NCBI RefSeq assembly: GCF_009914755.1
Contig: NC_060942.1
DNA length: 64,000 nucleotides
Reading direction: 5' to 3' (one strand)
Source: the human T2T-CHM13v2.0 reference genome, Homo sapiens
Part shown: positions 27,166 to 41,207 of the stretch, piece by piece
How positions within the stretch are numbered: position 1 is the stretch's first letter
Layout: each line of letters opens with the position of its first letter
The notes under the pieces: generated by a model
What the model was told of the DNA's origin: nothing
Database searches by the model: none
Seen by the model: only the letters and a program-made list of their open reading frames with translations
Program-made: the position numbers and the translations under genes

Positions 27166-28559
27166 TCAAAGATTAGAAGAAAATAACAAAACAAAGATCA
27201 TATCATGCAATTCATGATAGTTTAAATTTTAATACCCATTCTCCACAATATAGAGAAAAATAGTAAACTACAAATCTGAAAATGGCATATTCCAAATAGT
27301 AAAGCAAACTTCGATTAAACCTTTGAAACACTTATTTTAAAATTTGAATTTCAGCAGGAAGTTTCCTGTCTGTTTATATAAATCCCCAAACTGAAGGCCT
27401 TACCCAGTGAATTAACATAAGAAAATAAAAACATTATAAGCATTAGAAAACATTAATGTAACTTTCATAAGAGGTAGTGTTATTGTCTCACGAAGGGAAT
27501 CTAGAAATAAATTATTATAATTAATAATAGAATTAAGCAGATAAGCTACTATTAGATCCACACACAAAAATCAGATGCATTTTATACACTAGAAATTGAC
27601 AGCTAAAAGTATATTATTTAGAAAGATAGAATTTGCCATAGCAAAAACAATTTTTTAATATGTCCAAATATATATGTCTTAAAAGTCTAAGTCATAGCAC
27701 CAAAGGGTGCTAGCAAAGAAGGGGTAAATCTACTATGACACGTTTCTCTCACTAATTACAACTGAAAATTCTGGACAAAATACAAAAAGCAATCAACTGG
27801 GAACTCTGAAATAGTGACAGTAACAAAATAGGAAAAGGAGCCAAAACATGAGGAATGACCTCTCACGGGGTGAGTTTCTCAGATTTTATTACCACAAATG
27901 TGACCTTGGCTCCACTGCAGCAGATACCTGCAGTCAGATCTCCAAGAACCATTTAATTCTGGCCAGAGGAACCGGAAAAAAGGACACTGGAAGTTGGAGA
28001 GTATAGATAGGAGAGTCCTGTTCTCTTTTTAATTTTTTTTCTTTTCTTTTGTCTCCTCAGGCCTGCCCTGGGAGTTGTCCCAATTGGGAATCTGTACTGT
28101 AGTGGAGGTGAGGTGGAGGTATAGTAATGGCACTTAAAACCTGAGAGAAAACCCCTCTCTTTAGACAAAAATATAAGAAAAAAGGCAATCCTGTAGTTGA
28201 AAGACTATGGGGAATATCCACATTGTTTTTTTCTTTCTCTTTTCTCCCATCGTTTTTCCTTGAGTGTGACCTGAGTTATGTGGAACCACAGAGCAGTGTG
28301 AGCAGATACAACTATAAGAAAAACTTCAAATTTCTCTAGCCTCTGGGAACTGAATAGTGTATGAAAAATCCCATAGAATTGAGAGCTGGAGGAAACTTTG
28401 TAATTCTACACATAGAAACAAATAAAAGCTTCAGCCCCAGGCTGGGCATGCACAAAACAGATCCAAAGCAGTATATCATAGCTATGAGAGTGGTATTACA
28501 ACATAAGACAGTGATCAAATCCCACATTAATCTATAAACATCTATGTATGGGACAGGAA

Positions 28560-30800
28560 ATGAAACTGGACTTCCAGTTCAATGTTGAATAGGAGTGGCA
28601 TAAGTGGGTATCCTAGTCTTGTTCCTGATCTTAGGGAGGAAATGTACAGACTTTCATCATTGAGTATAATGTCAGCTGGGAGTTCTTCATTAACAGCTTT
28701 CATCAGTTTGAGGAAATTCCCTCCTATTTTTTGTTTAAGTTGTTAAGTGTTTTTATAGTGAAAGGGTGTTGAATTTTGTCAAATGCTTTCACATCTATTG
28801 AACTGAGCATGTTTTCCCCTTAATTTAATTAATATAATGTATTACATTGATTAAACTCTTGCTTTCTTATGATAAATCCCATTGGTCATGGTGTATAAAT
28901 CTTTTAAGATGCTCTTGGATTCAGTTTGATAGTATGTTGTGAGGATATTTTGCACCTATATTTATTTATCTATATATATTTTTTATTATACTTTAAGTTC
29001 TAGGGCACATGTGCACAACGTGCAGGTTTGTTACATATGTATACATGTGCCATGTTGGTGTGCTGCACCCATTAACTCGTCATTTACATTAGGTATATCT
29101 CCTAATGCTATCCCTCCCCCGTCCTCCCACCCCACGACAGGCCCCGGTGTGTGATGCTCCCCTTCCTGTATCCATGTGTTCTCATTGTTCAAGTCTCACC
29201 TATGAGTGAGAACATGCAGTGTTTGGTTTTTTGTCCTTGCGATAGTTTTCTGAGAATGATGGTTTTCAGCTTCATCCATGTCCCTACAAAGGACATGAAC
29301 TCATCATTTTTTATGGCTGCATAGTATTCCATGGTGTATATGTGCCACATTTTCTTAATCCAGTCTATCACTGTTGGATATTTGGGTTGGTTCCAAGTCT
29401 TTGCTATTGTGAATAGTGCCGCAATAAACATACGTGTGCATGTGTCTTTATAGCAGCATGATTTATAATCCTTTGGGTATATACCCAGTAATGGGATACC
29501 ATCTCATACCAGTTAGAATGGCGATCATTAAAAAGTCAGGAAACAACAGGTGCTGGAGAGGATGTGGAGAAATAGGAACACTTTTACACTGTTGGTGGGA
29601 CTGTAAACTAGTTCAACCATTGTGGAAGTCAGTGTGGCGATTCCTCAGGGATCTAGAACTAGAAATACCATTTGACCCAGCCATCTCTTTACTGGGTATA
29701 TGCGCCTATATTTATAAACAGATATTGTTTACAGTTTTCTTTTCTTGGGGTCCCTTTGTCTGGCTTTGGTATCAGAGTAATGCTGGCTTCATAGAATGAG
29801 TTAAAGAGTTTTACCTCTGCTTCCATTTTTTTGTAAGAGTTTAAGGATTGGTGTTAATTATTTAAATAATTGGCAGAATTGGCCATTGAAGCCATCTGGT
29901 CTTTGGCTTCTCTTTATTGGGAAGTTTATGGGTACTAATTCAATACCTATACTTTTTATATGTCTGTTCAGATTTTCTATTTTTTCTCAAGTCAGTTTTT
30001 GTATTTTGTGTGCCTTTAGGATTTTGTCCACTTCATCTAGCTTACCTAATTTTTTGTGATAATATTGTTCATAGTACTTTCAGTCCTTTATTTATTTCTG
30101 TAAAATTATTAGCAATATCCCCATTTCAACCTCTGAATTTAGTTATTTGATCCTTCTCTATTTTCTCTTAATCTACTTAAAGGTTTGCCAATTTTATTGA
30201 TCTTTCTAAAGAACCAAGTTTTGGTTTCATTGATTTTTCTCTATTGTTTTTCTATTTTGTGTATCTTAACTGTGATCTTTATTATTTCCTTCCTTCTGAT
30301 GGCTTTGGGTTTAGTTTGTGCTTTTTTGTTCTACTTCCTTAATGTAAAAAAAAAATACATGTTCTCAATTGAAGATCTTTATTTTTATTGTAGGCTTTTA
30401 CAACTATGTATTTTAAGCACAGTTTTGCTTTTGTGTTTTCATTTTCATTCATCTCAAAGTATTTTCTAATTTCCCTTGATGTTTCTCCTTTGATCCATTG
30501 GTTATTTAAGAGTATGTTGTTTAATTTTTACATATTTGTGAATTTTCTAGTTTTCCTTTAGTTATTGATTTCTAGTTTCATTCTGTTATGGTTGAAAAAT
30601 ATCATTTGATTTCAATCGTTTAAAATTTGTTGAGAATTGTTTTGTTGCCTAATGTGTAGTCTATACTGGAGTATATGAACACTTGAGAAAGCTATTGGCA
30701 CCTGAGAAATCCGTGTACACTATAGTGAGTCTCTTGTAGACAACATGTAGTTGAAACATTATTTTATTGATTCTGTTAATCTCTGCCTTTCAATTGGACA
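28560..30800 (-). mobile_element. Older L1M ORF2 fragment (host of the L1PA insertion)
   Basis: AATGTTGAATAGGAGTGG..CTTGTTCCTGATCTTAGGGG; GGCTTTGGTATCAGAGTAATGCTGGC; AAGAACCAAGTTTTGGTTTCATTGATT. Confidence 0.85.
28966..29700 (-). mobile_element. L1PA (PA3-PA5-like) 5'-truncated insertion with 5' inversion
   Basis: Antisense L1PA 3' end at about 28975-29497, then a sense ORF2 piece at 29495-29700 encoding the C-terminal [18 protein letters not shown] motif. TSD TGC(A/G)CCTATATTTAT at 28951-28965 and 29701-29715. Confidence 0.93.
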
Positions 30801-32089
30801 GTTAAATTGTCAAAATGTATACTATGCTGTTTTGGAGTGGCATGTTCTATGTATTCCTATTATGTATAAGAGGAATTAGTTGTTTTGTTACAAAATGTGA
30901 AGCAGTCTAGTATATGGGCAATAACAGAGATGAAAAACAAATAAAAACCTGCCTTCTAGTTGATGCTCATAGTTTAACCATCTGTGTGACTCTAACTTAG
31001 CCTTCTGTTTTTTAGATTCTTCATCTGTAAAAATAAAATTATTGGATTAGTTGATCAAAGACATCCTTATTAGCTCTGAATTTCCATAATGAGTGTCAGA
31101 GGGGGAGTGTAATTCATAGTTTTTAGCTGAATATGGTATACAACATATGACTTTTTAAAGTGAAGATTGGGCATGGTTACATCCATATACAATGCAGCAA
31201 TTTGGAGAGAGAGGCTTCCTAAACCTGCTTCAGAAACCAGTTGAATGCTTCACATTACCTTGAGTCCATTTGACATATTTTCTCAGAATTGAAAATGAAT
31301 ATATAATTTGAAAAATGTCAATATTAATTGAAACAGGCCAAAGTTTGCATTTCCAAGTATAAACAATATATAAATAGCAAGTTTTGAAAGATTTAAATAG
31401 GACAGTGATTGTTTTTAATAGAAACAGCATTGAATCACTTGTAAAAGTGGCTTAATTACAATGTATTGATATACAATTGAAAAATAATCAAATGCCTAAT
31501 GACTTCCAAAATTCTTTCTATTAAAATTGAACATTTTATTCAGTTTCAAGAAGACCAAACTGATGCCTGTCAGACTTGTGCACATCTGTAAAACTCCATA
31601 TATTTTTCTTTGAGTACTAATACTTTATCAAAGAAACGTATCGATCTAGAAACAGCTCTGATTCCACCATATTCCACAAAGAAATGAGAGCTACAAGCTT
31701 GACAACAATCTGCCAAGTAATGTGGAAGTTATAGAACTTCATGATTAAAATGTTTATTTTCAGCATAGCTTCTGAAAATCCTTGGCTCTTATATAGGTAA
31801 GTTTATATCTAAAGAGACCTTCTTAATGAAAATGAAGAATTAAGAACTTGGAGTCCACATCAATTTTTCTCACAATTGATATTAAAAATCATATAGCACC
31901 AAAATGTGTCCATCTGTTACTACTCCAATATAAAATAAAAACTTGACTAATCACTGCAAAATGTAGCCAAATGTAAGAATTTTTGAAAGCACTAAGTGGC
32001 TTATACCTTATTCAAGTAATATGATTATCCACGGAAGGTAATGATAGAGCAACCAGGGTTTTAGAATTTCTACTATTGAAGGGCTTTGT

Positions 32090-32310
32090 AGTAAGCTATT
32101 TGGACACTTTTTAAATAATAGCTCACAGCAACCATGCAAAGCAAGTAGTATCTTTATGACGTTACAAATGAAGAAACTAACGCCCTGTTACAAATGAAGA
32201 AACTAATGTTTAATGAGGCAGGTTGCACTGTATGAGCATTAGTATACAGTCTGATAGGAATCGCAATAACAAAATGTAAGAACCAGTTTGTGATCCAGAT
32301 CACCCCAGGT
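32090..32310 (-). mobile_element. MIR fragment with internal 20-bp direct repeat
   Basis: CTCACAGCAACCATG..TTACAAATGAAGAAACT. GTTACAAATGAAGAAACTAA occurs at 32161 and 32187. Confidence 0.6.
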
Positions 32311-32347
32311 GCTTCCCTTTCACAAAGATACCATTAAAAAAAAAAAA

Positions 32348-32643
<296 letters not shown>

Positions 32644-33371
32644 GAAATTCTTGAGGATCAGTTTATTTCCCCCATCTGTAAAATGTGAGCATCAACAGCA
32701 TTTTCATTGTTGAATTGTTCTGAAAATCAACTAAACTTTTAATGAGTTATCTCACTTGTAAGGGGTAATCAGTAGGTGATCATAATTATTACTGCAGTAG
32801 CGGAGAGATCATTTAATACCAGGTCTAGTTTCCCCAAAAGCTCTTTCTATTATATACCATTTTGCTTTTTCACTTACAAACAAAACAAATAAACAGAAAT
32901 TCCTGCTTTGCTGCACCATTATAAGGTGAGCTAGGTAGTGGAAAGAACATTAGATGTGTCATTGGGAGATATGTACTATTTTCTTAGCTGGGTCCTAGAG
33001 GACAAAAAAAAAATCGTGTATACTTGAATAACTCATTTAAATTTTTCAAAATTCCAAACCCTACAAAATCCTATAGACTCCAATTCTACAGAAAAAAAAA
33101 AGCCATAATAGAATTTTCCTTGCCCAACCTAACAGGGTTATTGTAAAATAAATTTAAGAAATCTTAAAGTATAAGGTATATTATAAAATTATAGTGTATA
33201 GTATATAAAATCATGATATTATAAAATTGTATTAATTATTCTATTATGTTTCCAATTTGTAAAAAGTTCACATTGTCACTTAAAAACTGACTGGCTTAAT
33301 ATTAACTAACTAAATAAACCAAAATGAAAAGCATTTATTTCACTAAAGTGACCATTTTTAAGTGTGTGTAA

Positions 33372-33630
33372 CTAATAATAGTACCCATATTTATTGACTA
33401 CTTACTAGTGCAGGCACTGTTTCAAATGTTTTACATGTATTTGTTCATTTGATTCTATGCATGTAATCCTTCTAAACATTTATGTTCAGTATTCTCTTAT
33501 AAAATATTAATGAAGCTTGGTAACAGTTGTGTATTGTAGCACGCATTGCCATGGTGAAGTTAGGTAGGCAATTCAAAGAACCAAAGAGTTGGGCCTGATT
33601 TACTAGCTGTATTGAGGTTACCCTACAATT
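33372..33630 (-). mobile_element. MIR fragment(s)
   Basis: AATAATAGTACCCATATTTATTGACTACTTACTA.TGCAGGCACTGTTTCAAATGTTTTACATGTATT. Confidence 0.65.
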
Positions 33631-35014
33631 TGACTTCAAAGGGGCACCTTTCTTTACATGAGCCAAGATTCTTTTCACTCTCATTCTCATCTGTCAAGAT
33701 AGATGCTTATGGGTCAACAGAGGTTTTCCAAACACGTGAGCCATCCATTTGATACCTCTGCCAACATTTCCATTCTCAATTTATTTTAGTGGCAACCTTT
33801 TGGCTGAGAGACAATGAATGCTCAATCACAACTATATTTGTCTTCAGGGTAACAACCACATGCTTACAATTTTGAGTCACTTTAATTCCTCCAATTTGAC
33901 TGAAACTTAGATTATCAGAAGTAGGGTATTAACATTGGCTATGACATAGGATTTTTTAATGTTATAAGGCAGTTTCAGAAAATGTTGTAAGTTTAATAAT
34001 ACAGTAATAGAGCACAGATCTACTTATTTATATTTATACAACTTATTGAGGAGCATATCAATTATCTTACCAAATCTATGAGAATAGATTTACCTGTCTT
34101 TTAAAACTTGCTGCCTGGAAAATAAAAACCAGGATTTATTCTGCCATAGTCCTAGAACAGGGTATGAGTTAGTAAGTTTTTACTGGGGGAAAAACATTAT
34201 GGGACATCTTTTCTGCTTGTGCTGATTAAGGCTATACTGTCTTCATTTTTGTCTTATTAATTTCCTCTTATTCCCATTTTTTCCATTCACTCATTCATTG
34301 CTTCATTTATGCTTTGGATTTCTATTATGTGCAAGATACATACAAAGATCTAAATGCTGAGGTGTTTAAGCAAGGAAAAATTAAATGCCCTGCCTCTTAA
34401 AGATCTGGTGAGACATGGAAACAATCGGCTATAATATTAATGACGTGATTTTTCATTTCTTCAATATAAGTTCAGTGTTCAGAATTCTAGTCTCCCAGGA
34501 AGCATGGTACATTAATATTAAATCATTTTGTCTAATTAATAAAATATATCAGTACTTCTCTTATGGCTCCTAACTTTTTCTCACATCTTTAGTATTTTCT
34601 TATTTACATATATTAGTTCATCTATTAGACTGCAAGCATGTGCTGATTCATTTTTGTGTCTCCTAAAACAATTATCCACGTGTGCATTGGCGATGCTAAG
34701 AGATGATTTACTCAATGAAAGAAAGAACAAGGAAAACGACTGAATTTCAGGTTAAATTTGTTGCTAGTGCTAGAATATTTCTTATGCCTTCCATTTACTT
34801 CTTCAGAGCTCATTCATTGTTCAAAAGAGACTGTTAGATCCACACAACTATGGATGAGAGAATGATGGGCACGGCACTTGCTGAAAGTGCATGCAGATGC
34901 CATGGCAAGTGTGGTGGGCACTAAGACAAGGTCTCATGAGGAGTGATCCCCAGAATCTTGAGTTCTCAGCTTTGCAGATTCAGGAACAACAGAAGCCAAA
35001 TAATAAAGCATTCC

Positions 35015-35210
35015 TCTGGGTGACTGAGGAACTTATTTTATTTAATTCTTCACAACAAACCTGTAAGGGAGATGTTATCTCTGTTTGTACAGATTAAGAA
35101 CCTGAGATTCCTGGAATTTGCCCATTGCCCAGGGCCGGCCAAGCAGTTACTGAAGTGGAAGATTTAGGACACAAACTTGGATTTATCTGACACTAAAGCC
35201 ACTGCTTTTT
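35015..35210 (-). mobile_element. MIR fragment
   Basis: TTTAATTCTTCACAACAAACCTGTAAGG..TACAGAT.AAGAA.CTGAG..TTGCCCAGG..TCTGACACTAAAGCC. Confidence 0.7.
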
Positions 35211-35373
35211 CAAAAAGCTGTACATATGTGATTTTTCTGGGGTTTATTGGGCTCCAGGGGACTGATGCCTTTGACCCACCAAGAGGAAGAAAAAGAAGTA
35301 AGAGAAGGCAAGCAAGCACCGTTCCAGGGAACTGTGGATGCCTCCTCAATCTGAGTTCTGTACCTAATGAATA

Positions 35374-35421
35374 TTTATCTGTACACTCAGTTTTATCTGT
35401 ACACTCAGTTTTATCTGTACA
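35374..35421. repeat. 18-bp tandem repeat, about 2.7 copies
   Basis: TTTATCTGTACACTCAGT x2 plus TTTATCTGTACA. Confidence 0.92.
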
Positions 35422-35523
35422 ATGCAGGTTCTTTCCTGGTGCTCTTCCCTGTTTAACTAACATTGGGACTTCGTATCAGGTTCCTTCCAATTTTACCAGC
35501 TATCATGAGTCTAGGGTTCGTAA

Positions 35524-35866
<343 letters not shown>

Positions 35867-37560
35867 TCTGACTGGAATTTTAAAATACATACAAACAAGG
35901 TTCACTTTTACTCATTAATTTTTAAAATCTGAGGGAGTTTATTTAACCTTTCTCTGCACTCGTATTTGCAGAACTTCACAAATGCAATCAGAAGAGCTTC
36001 CATGGATGTTCCCATGATCAAAGTTACTTCCATAAAATCGGCCAAAACTCAATCTACAGCAATTTCTCAGCAATTTCAAGGAGATTTTCCTAATTTAAAT
36101 GGTAAGAATAATTGGGTTGCAGAGAATTACGGTCTACCCCATCTTGTCAGTGTTTTGACAAGCTTTTCTTTACATCCAGTACAGTGCTTTGGCATCTAAA
36201 GAATGAAATTGAGATTTTTGAAAAGCACTGTGATGCCCAACATAGATAGAACTAAAAGAAAAATTAGTTGAAAGATTTTGTAGCATATTATACTGCATCT
36301 CAACCCCAAGAGAAAAAAGAAATATGGCCATCATAACTGCATATATGGGAGCACACTAAATCCACCAATAGGGACAGAAAGGGAGAGTAACAATTGAAGT
36401 AGACTGAAGAAATACAAAGATGCATTGTGAAATTAACACTCACCTACTATGCTTTGCCTTATTCTACTAAGTATAATCTCTGCCCCCCTAAAGCAATGTG
36501 TATTGCTGGCTTCCCACTTCTTTAAATAGCACTTGCAGTGAGTGATAATACAACAACACAGGGCACAGTGTGAACAACCAACAAGAGAATCATTTAAACA
36601 AGTGGATTTGTAAAACATGATTGTTTTAAGCCCGTCCATGTCAGGACTGCAATTTGAATTAAACATAAGGTGACTTCTTTCACTGAATCAATAAGTGCAA
36701 ATAATATCGCTCGCAACCATGTTTTATTTCACAGACAAAAATTGTTCTTAACAGCTTTCTGAAGGCTATGCTTCAGCCACCTGCTGTTAAAGTTGTTTGC
36801 TTTTTCTTACAAAAATTGTTCTCTTGCAACATTGAAACAGACAAGCTTGCAGTCAGTTAGTTCACTTGAGGCTAGAGTCTAGGGAGGTTTGAAAGGCACT
36901 TTTCTTAATGAACACCATAACTTCCTGCACCCTTCCTGCTGGCAAGTCAGAACAATAGACAGATCAGAGGGGTGTGCCTGAAGCCAGTTACTTCTAAAAG
37001 TCTTACTAGTATTAGCTGACTTGAATCAGGGGCAATTTCTACCACTTTCACAAAGGGAGACTTCTAGTGGTCCACCTGTTTTTGACTTCTAAAAACATTG
37101 GTTTTACTGGCAGATAATAGATTCTATTGCAATCCTAGTTGGTGATAAATTAAGAACCTGGATAGCATATCCTGTTCTTGTCTCTCGCTTCCATTCTTAA
37201 AATATGATAAAGACCACTATAAAACTTTTTATTCATGCATTTATTAGATGTCTAAAAAGACAAGTAGTAATTCAGCTTACAATGTTGAATGATTCTTGAA
37301 GCACAATATGGGAAAGGGAAGGCAAACTTATGAAAAAAGTAGTTTATCATCTTTCCTCTGCTTGTCAAAGTTCATACAAATATTACTGATTTTCATCTTA
37401 TCCTAATTGTCTATTCTCATTTCTCAAAATTTCAAAATGAGTATATAAAAGAATAGTCAATGACCCAGTAGAGTCACAGGGTAAAAACAAATAAACCAAA
37501 ATCAAACAACAGAAAAACCCAACATACTTAGATAAACTATTTTTTTAGAAATTAATGCAT

Positions 37561-37949
<389 letters not shown>

Positions 37950-38298
37950 TTATGCTCTGGAAAACAATGTGTGTTTTGAGGAGCATGGAGACAGCGTACT
38001 TGGAAGTTAGCCTGAAAAAATAAGTTAGATGATGAAACCGTCAGAGTACTAAATAAATAAAATTAGAATAGTCCATAAGTATTTCATGGAAGTTGATGAG
38101 TATATTTTCAATAAAATGTTTATTTTAGAAAGTTGAGTGATGTTTTGAAAAGTATACATAAGTATTAAATTTTGCTATGAAAAATAAGCTGATTTCTTAA
38201 AATGTTTTCCACTATTTAACTTAAAATTAAATTTTAATTTAAGTTATATGAAATAATACATATATTTTAAGATATATCTGGGGACAATTGTGGGTTGA

Positions 38299-38934
38299 TG
38301 TGGTAGGATGAATTCTAAGTCCCCTACTATTCCTTTCTCTGGTATTTAAGTCTTGAAAAATGCCTTCCTTTAAGTGGAGATGAGAACTGTGAATTCCTTC
38401 TGGCCAATAGAAAATGGCAAAGATAAAGAGATTTTTAAAGACAGATAAAGTCCACAAATCAGTTTATTTGTGATTAATCAAAAGGGACATTTTTTCTGGA
38501 AGAGCCTTATTAGGTGAAGGTCCTTGAGAAAAGATTTGGCCTCCCTCGATGTCAGACATTGATCTTGTAGCCTTAATGAAGTAGGCAGCCACACTTCCCA
38601 CATCAAGAAACTATGGGAAGCCTCTAGGACCTGAGTTTGGCATAAAGGTAACAACCACTAAAGAGCTGGTGCCCTCATACAGCCACAAGAAAATGAATTC
38701 TTCCAACAATTTGAATAAGCTTAGAAGCAATTCTTCCCCAATCAAGCTACTAGATGAGAACGCAGCCTAATAAAGACCTTGATTACAGCTTTACAGGACA
38801 CAAAGCAGCTAAGAGGACCCAGCCAAGCTGTGCCCAGATTTGCAACCTATGGAAACTCTAAAATAATAAATATGTGTTGCTCTAAGCCACTAAAATAATA
38901 TTGATTTGTTATGCTGCAATAGAAAACAAATACA
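38299..38934 (+). mobile_element. MaLR solo LTR, MLT1E-like
   Basis: TGTGGTAGG..AATTCTAAG; ATTAATCAAAAGGGA; CAGCCACAAGAAAATGAATTCTTCCAACAA; TTTGTTATGCTGCAATAGAAAAC.AATACA. Confidence 0.85.
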
Positions 38935-39749
38935 CTGTTATGCAGATGCCTAACTATCCTTATATTGCTTTCTCTACCACCCTGCATCTCTCTAAACATA
39001 CACACATTCATACAACAGAATTCAACTTAAACATCTAAATGATATTGCTGTAAATTTTGGAAGATACCATCTAGAAAACACAAAATTTAAGAATAAACAT
39101 TACACAAGCTTTAAGAGTTCTTCCCAAAATTATAGAAAACACTAAAAGACAATTTTTTGCCCTTCCTCCTTTGAAGGAAGTACAATGACACTGGAAATGA
39201 AGAAAGTAAATTTAAACACAGCTCTTAATTTGAATGACCAAGTGAAGGAAGAATATGGGTTGAGGGTTGAGGAGACTGCTTTGCCACAACAGCAGTTAGT
39301 AGCCACTCCAAACTTGGGAATAATAGGGTTTCCCTGGGACACAGCTTATCCCTCATGCTACTGAAGGTATTTCCTAAGGCAGACAACAAGACCTGGAAAG
39401 AGACACGTCTCATCATGCAACATAATTTCAGGCTGGACACAAATGGAAAGTTTGTCCTTGGTACAGAGCTTCCACAAAAACAGTGAAGAAACAGCCATGT
39501 AGAGGTAAACACTTGGGTTGATTCATGGTTCTAGCTCCTACCACGTTCTTTTTAGTCTAATGATTTATCTGTGTGCTCTAGCTTAAGATTTAAGAGAGAA
39601 TTCCAGTATCATTTTGATAATTTTTGAGGGGACACAAGGAGAATTCACACCCACTATTTTAGAATGAATATCACATCTCATTTACCTTTCAAGAGTGAGT
39701 GAGAGGTGGGGACAGAGAGAGATAGCTAGATGGCTAGATAGCTACATTC

Positions 39750-40182
39750 TTACTGTGCCTTAGGAAGCCCTACACAGTCAGCATCTCTGTTACTCTTTGT
39801 TCTCATATCACTCTTACCTTTGGTCTTCCTGCTCCAGAATCCCTGGCCTCTTGCTATCACTGGAACAAGTTAGATACCATCCCATCTTGAAACATTTTTC
39901 CTTGTTCCTCTATCTGGAATGCTCTTTATTTAGATATTTTTATCACACTGTTTTATCAAATCCTTCACCTTTTGGATGAGGCCAATCTCCAGTCATAACA
40001 CTCCCCAGCTTTCTTACCTACTTTTTTCTCTCCTAAGTACTACCGTCTGATATATTACATATGTATGTTTTTTTAATCTCTCTCTAGCCACAGAATATAA
40101 GTTCCCTCAGTGCAGGGATGTTTGACCGTTTTGTTCACTGGTGTTCCTAGTGCAATAGAAGGCACTCAAACATTCGTTGAAG
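39750..40182 (+). mobile_element. L2 3' end fragment
   Basis: CTGCTCCAG..CTGGCCTC; CTGGAATGCTCTT; AGAATATAAGTTCC..GCAGGGA..TTTTGTTCACTG..AGGCACTCAA..GTTGA. Confidence 0.78.
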
Positions 40183-40907
40183 AAAAAAAAATAGCTTGAG
40201 ATTAAAAAGAAAAACAACTAGACAATACTAGTCCTTAACAAGAAATAGAAGAAAAAATAAAACCATGTTATGGATGAAAGCTTGAAAAAAATCCTGCAGA
40301 ATATAGATTATTAAGAACAAATCACACAAATAATAAAGGCTATAATAGATAAGGTGGATAGCCCAACCAAAAACATACAGATGGATCACTGGTGTTCCTT
40401 GGGCAAAACCAATTTTTTTAAAAAAGGACAATAATCAAATATAATAGAAGAAAATATTCCTATATGGGGCCTAAATATTAATACAAGCTAAGAGGGTTTA
40501 CTATGCTCTAGAGACTTTCACTGGTACATACATCAAGTGTTAAAATCAATTTATTCATAAAAGAAGACACTGTGACCTCATGTCAGACTTTTTCCCATAA
40601 TGTAAGATCCCAGTAATGGTTCAAAGTCTAAAGAACTTCAATGAGAAAAAGTTATTGCTAGAAATTATATGCTGAGCTAATTTGTGGTTCATGCGACTTG
40701 GCACCTGAAGAAAAAATTATCACATAAGGAAGTCTTCATTACTATTTACCAACTATGTATTAGTAAAGTACTCAAAATATATTACAGAAATGAGATTTAT
40801 TAAATAAAAATAGAATGTAATGGGGGTATTGCAACATAAAGCAACTGAAAGAAAGCATTAAAACCATTGAAACACAGATTTAAGCATCAGGAAATATAGT
40901 TAATGTG

Positions 40908-41207
40908 GGCCAGGCATGGTGGCTCATGCCATAATCCCAGCACTTTTGGAGGCCTAGGTGGGCAGATCATTTGAGATCAGGAGTTTGAGATGAGCCTGGC
41001 CAACATGATGAAACCTGTCTCTACTAAAAATACAAAATTAGCCTGGTGTGGTGGCGCATGCTTGTAATCTCAGCTACTCGGGAGGCTGAGGCAGGAGAAT
41101 GGCTTGAACCCTCGATCAAATGGCTTGATCAAAAGGTTGTAGTGAGCCAAGATCCATCACTGCACTCCAGCCTGGGCAACAGAGCAAGTCTCCATCTCAA
41201 GAAAAAA
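40908..41207 (+). mobile_element. Alu (AluS-type)
   Basis: Full dimer with a rearranged right arm near 41098-41135. Confidence 0.93.

Noticed and set aside
29189-29799. ORFs matching the L1 ORF2p C-terminus, including the Cys-rich motif
   Set aside because: They are fragments of a truncated, inverted L1PA with no promoter, endonuclease or RT domain. The 121-aa ORF is a chimera across junctions.
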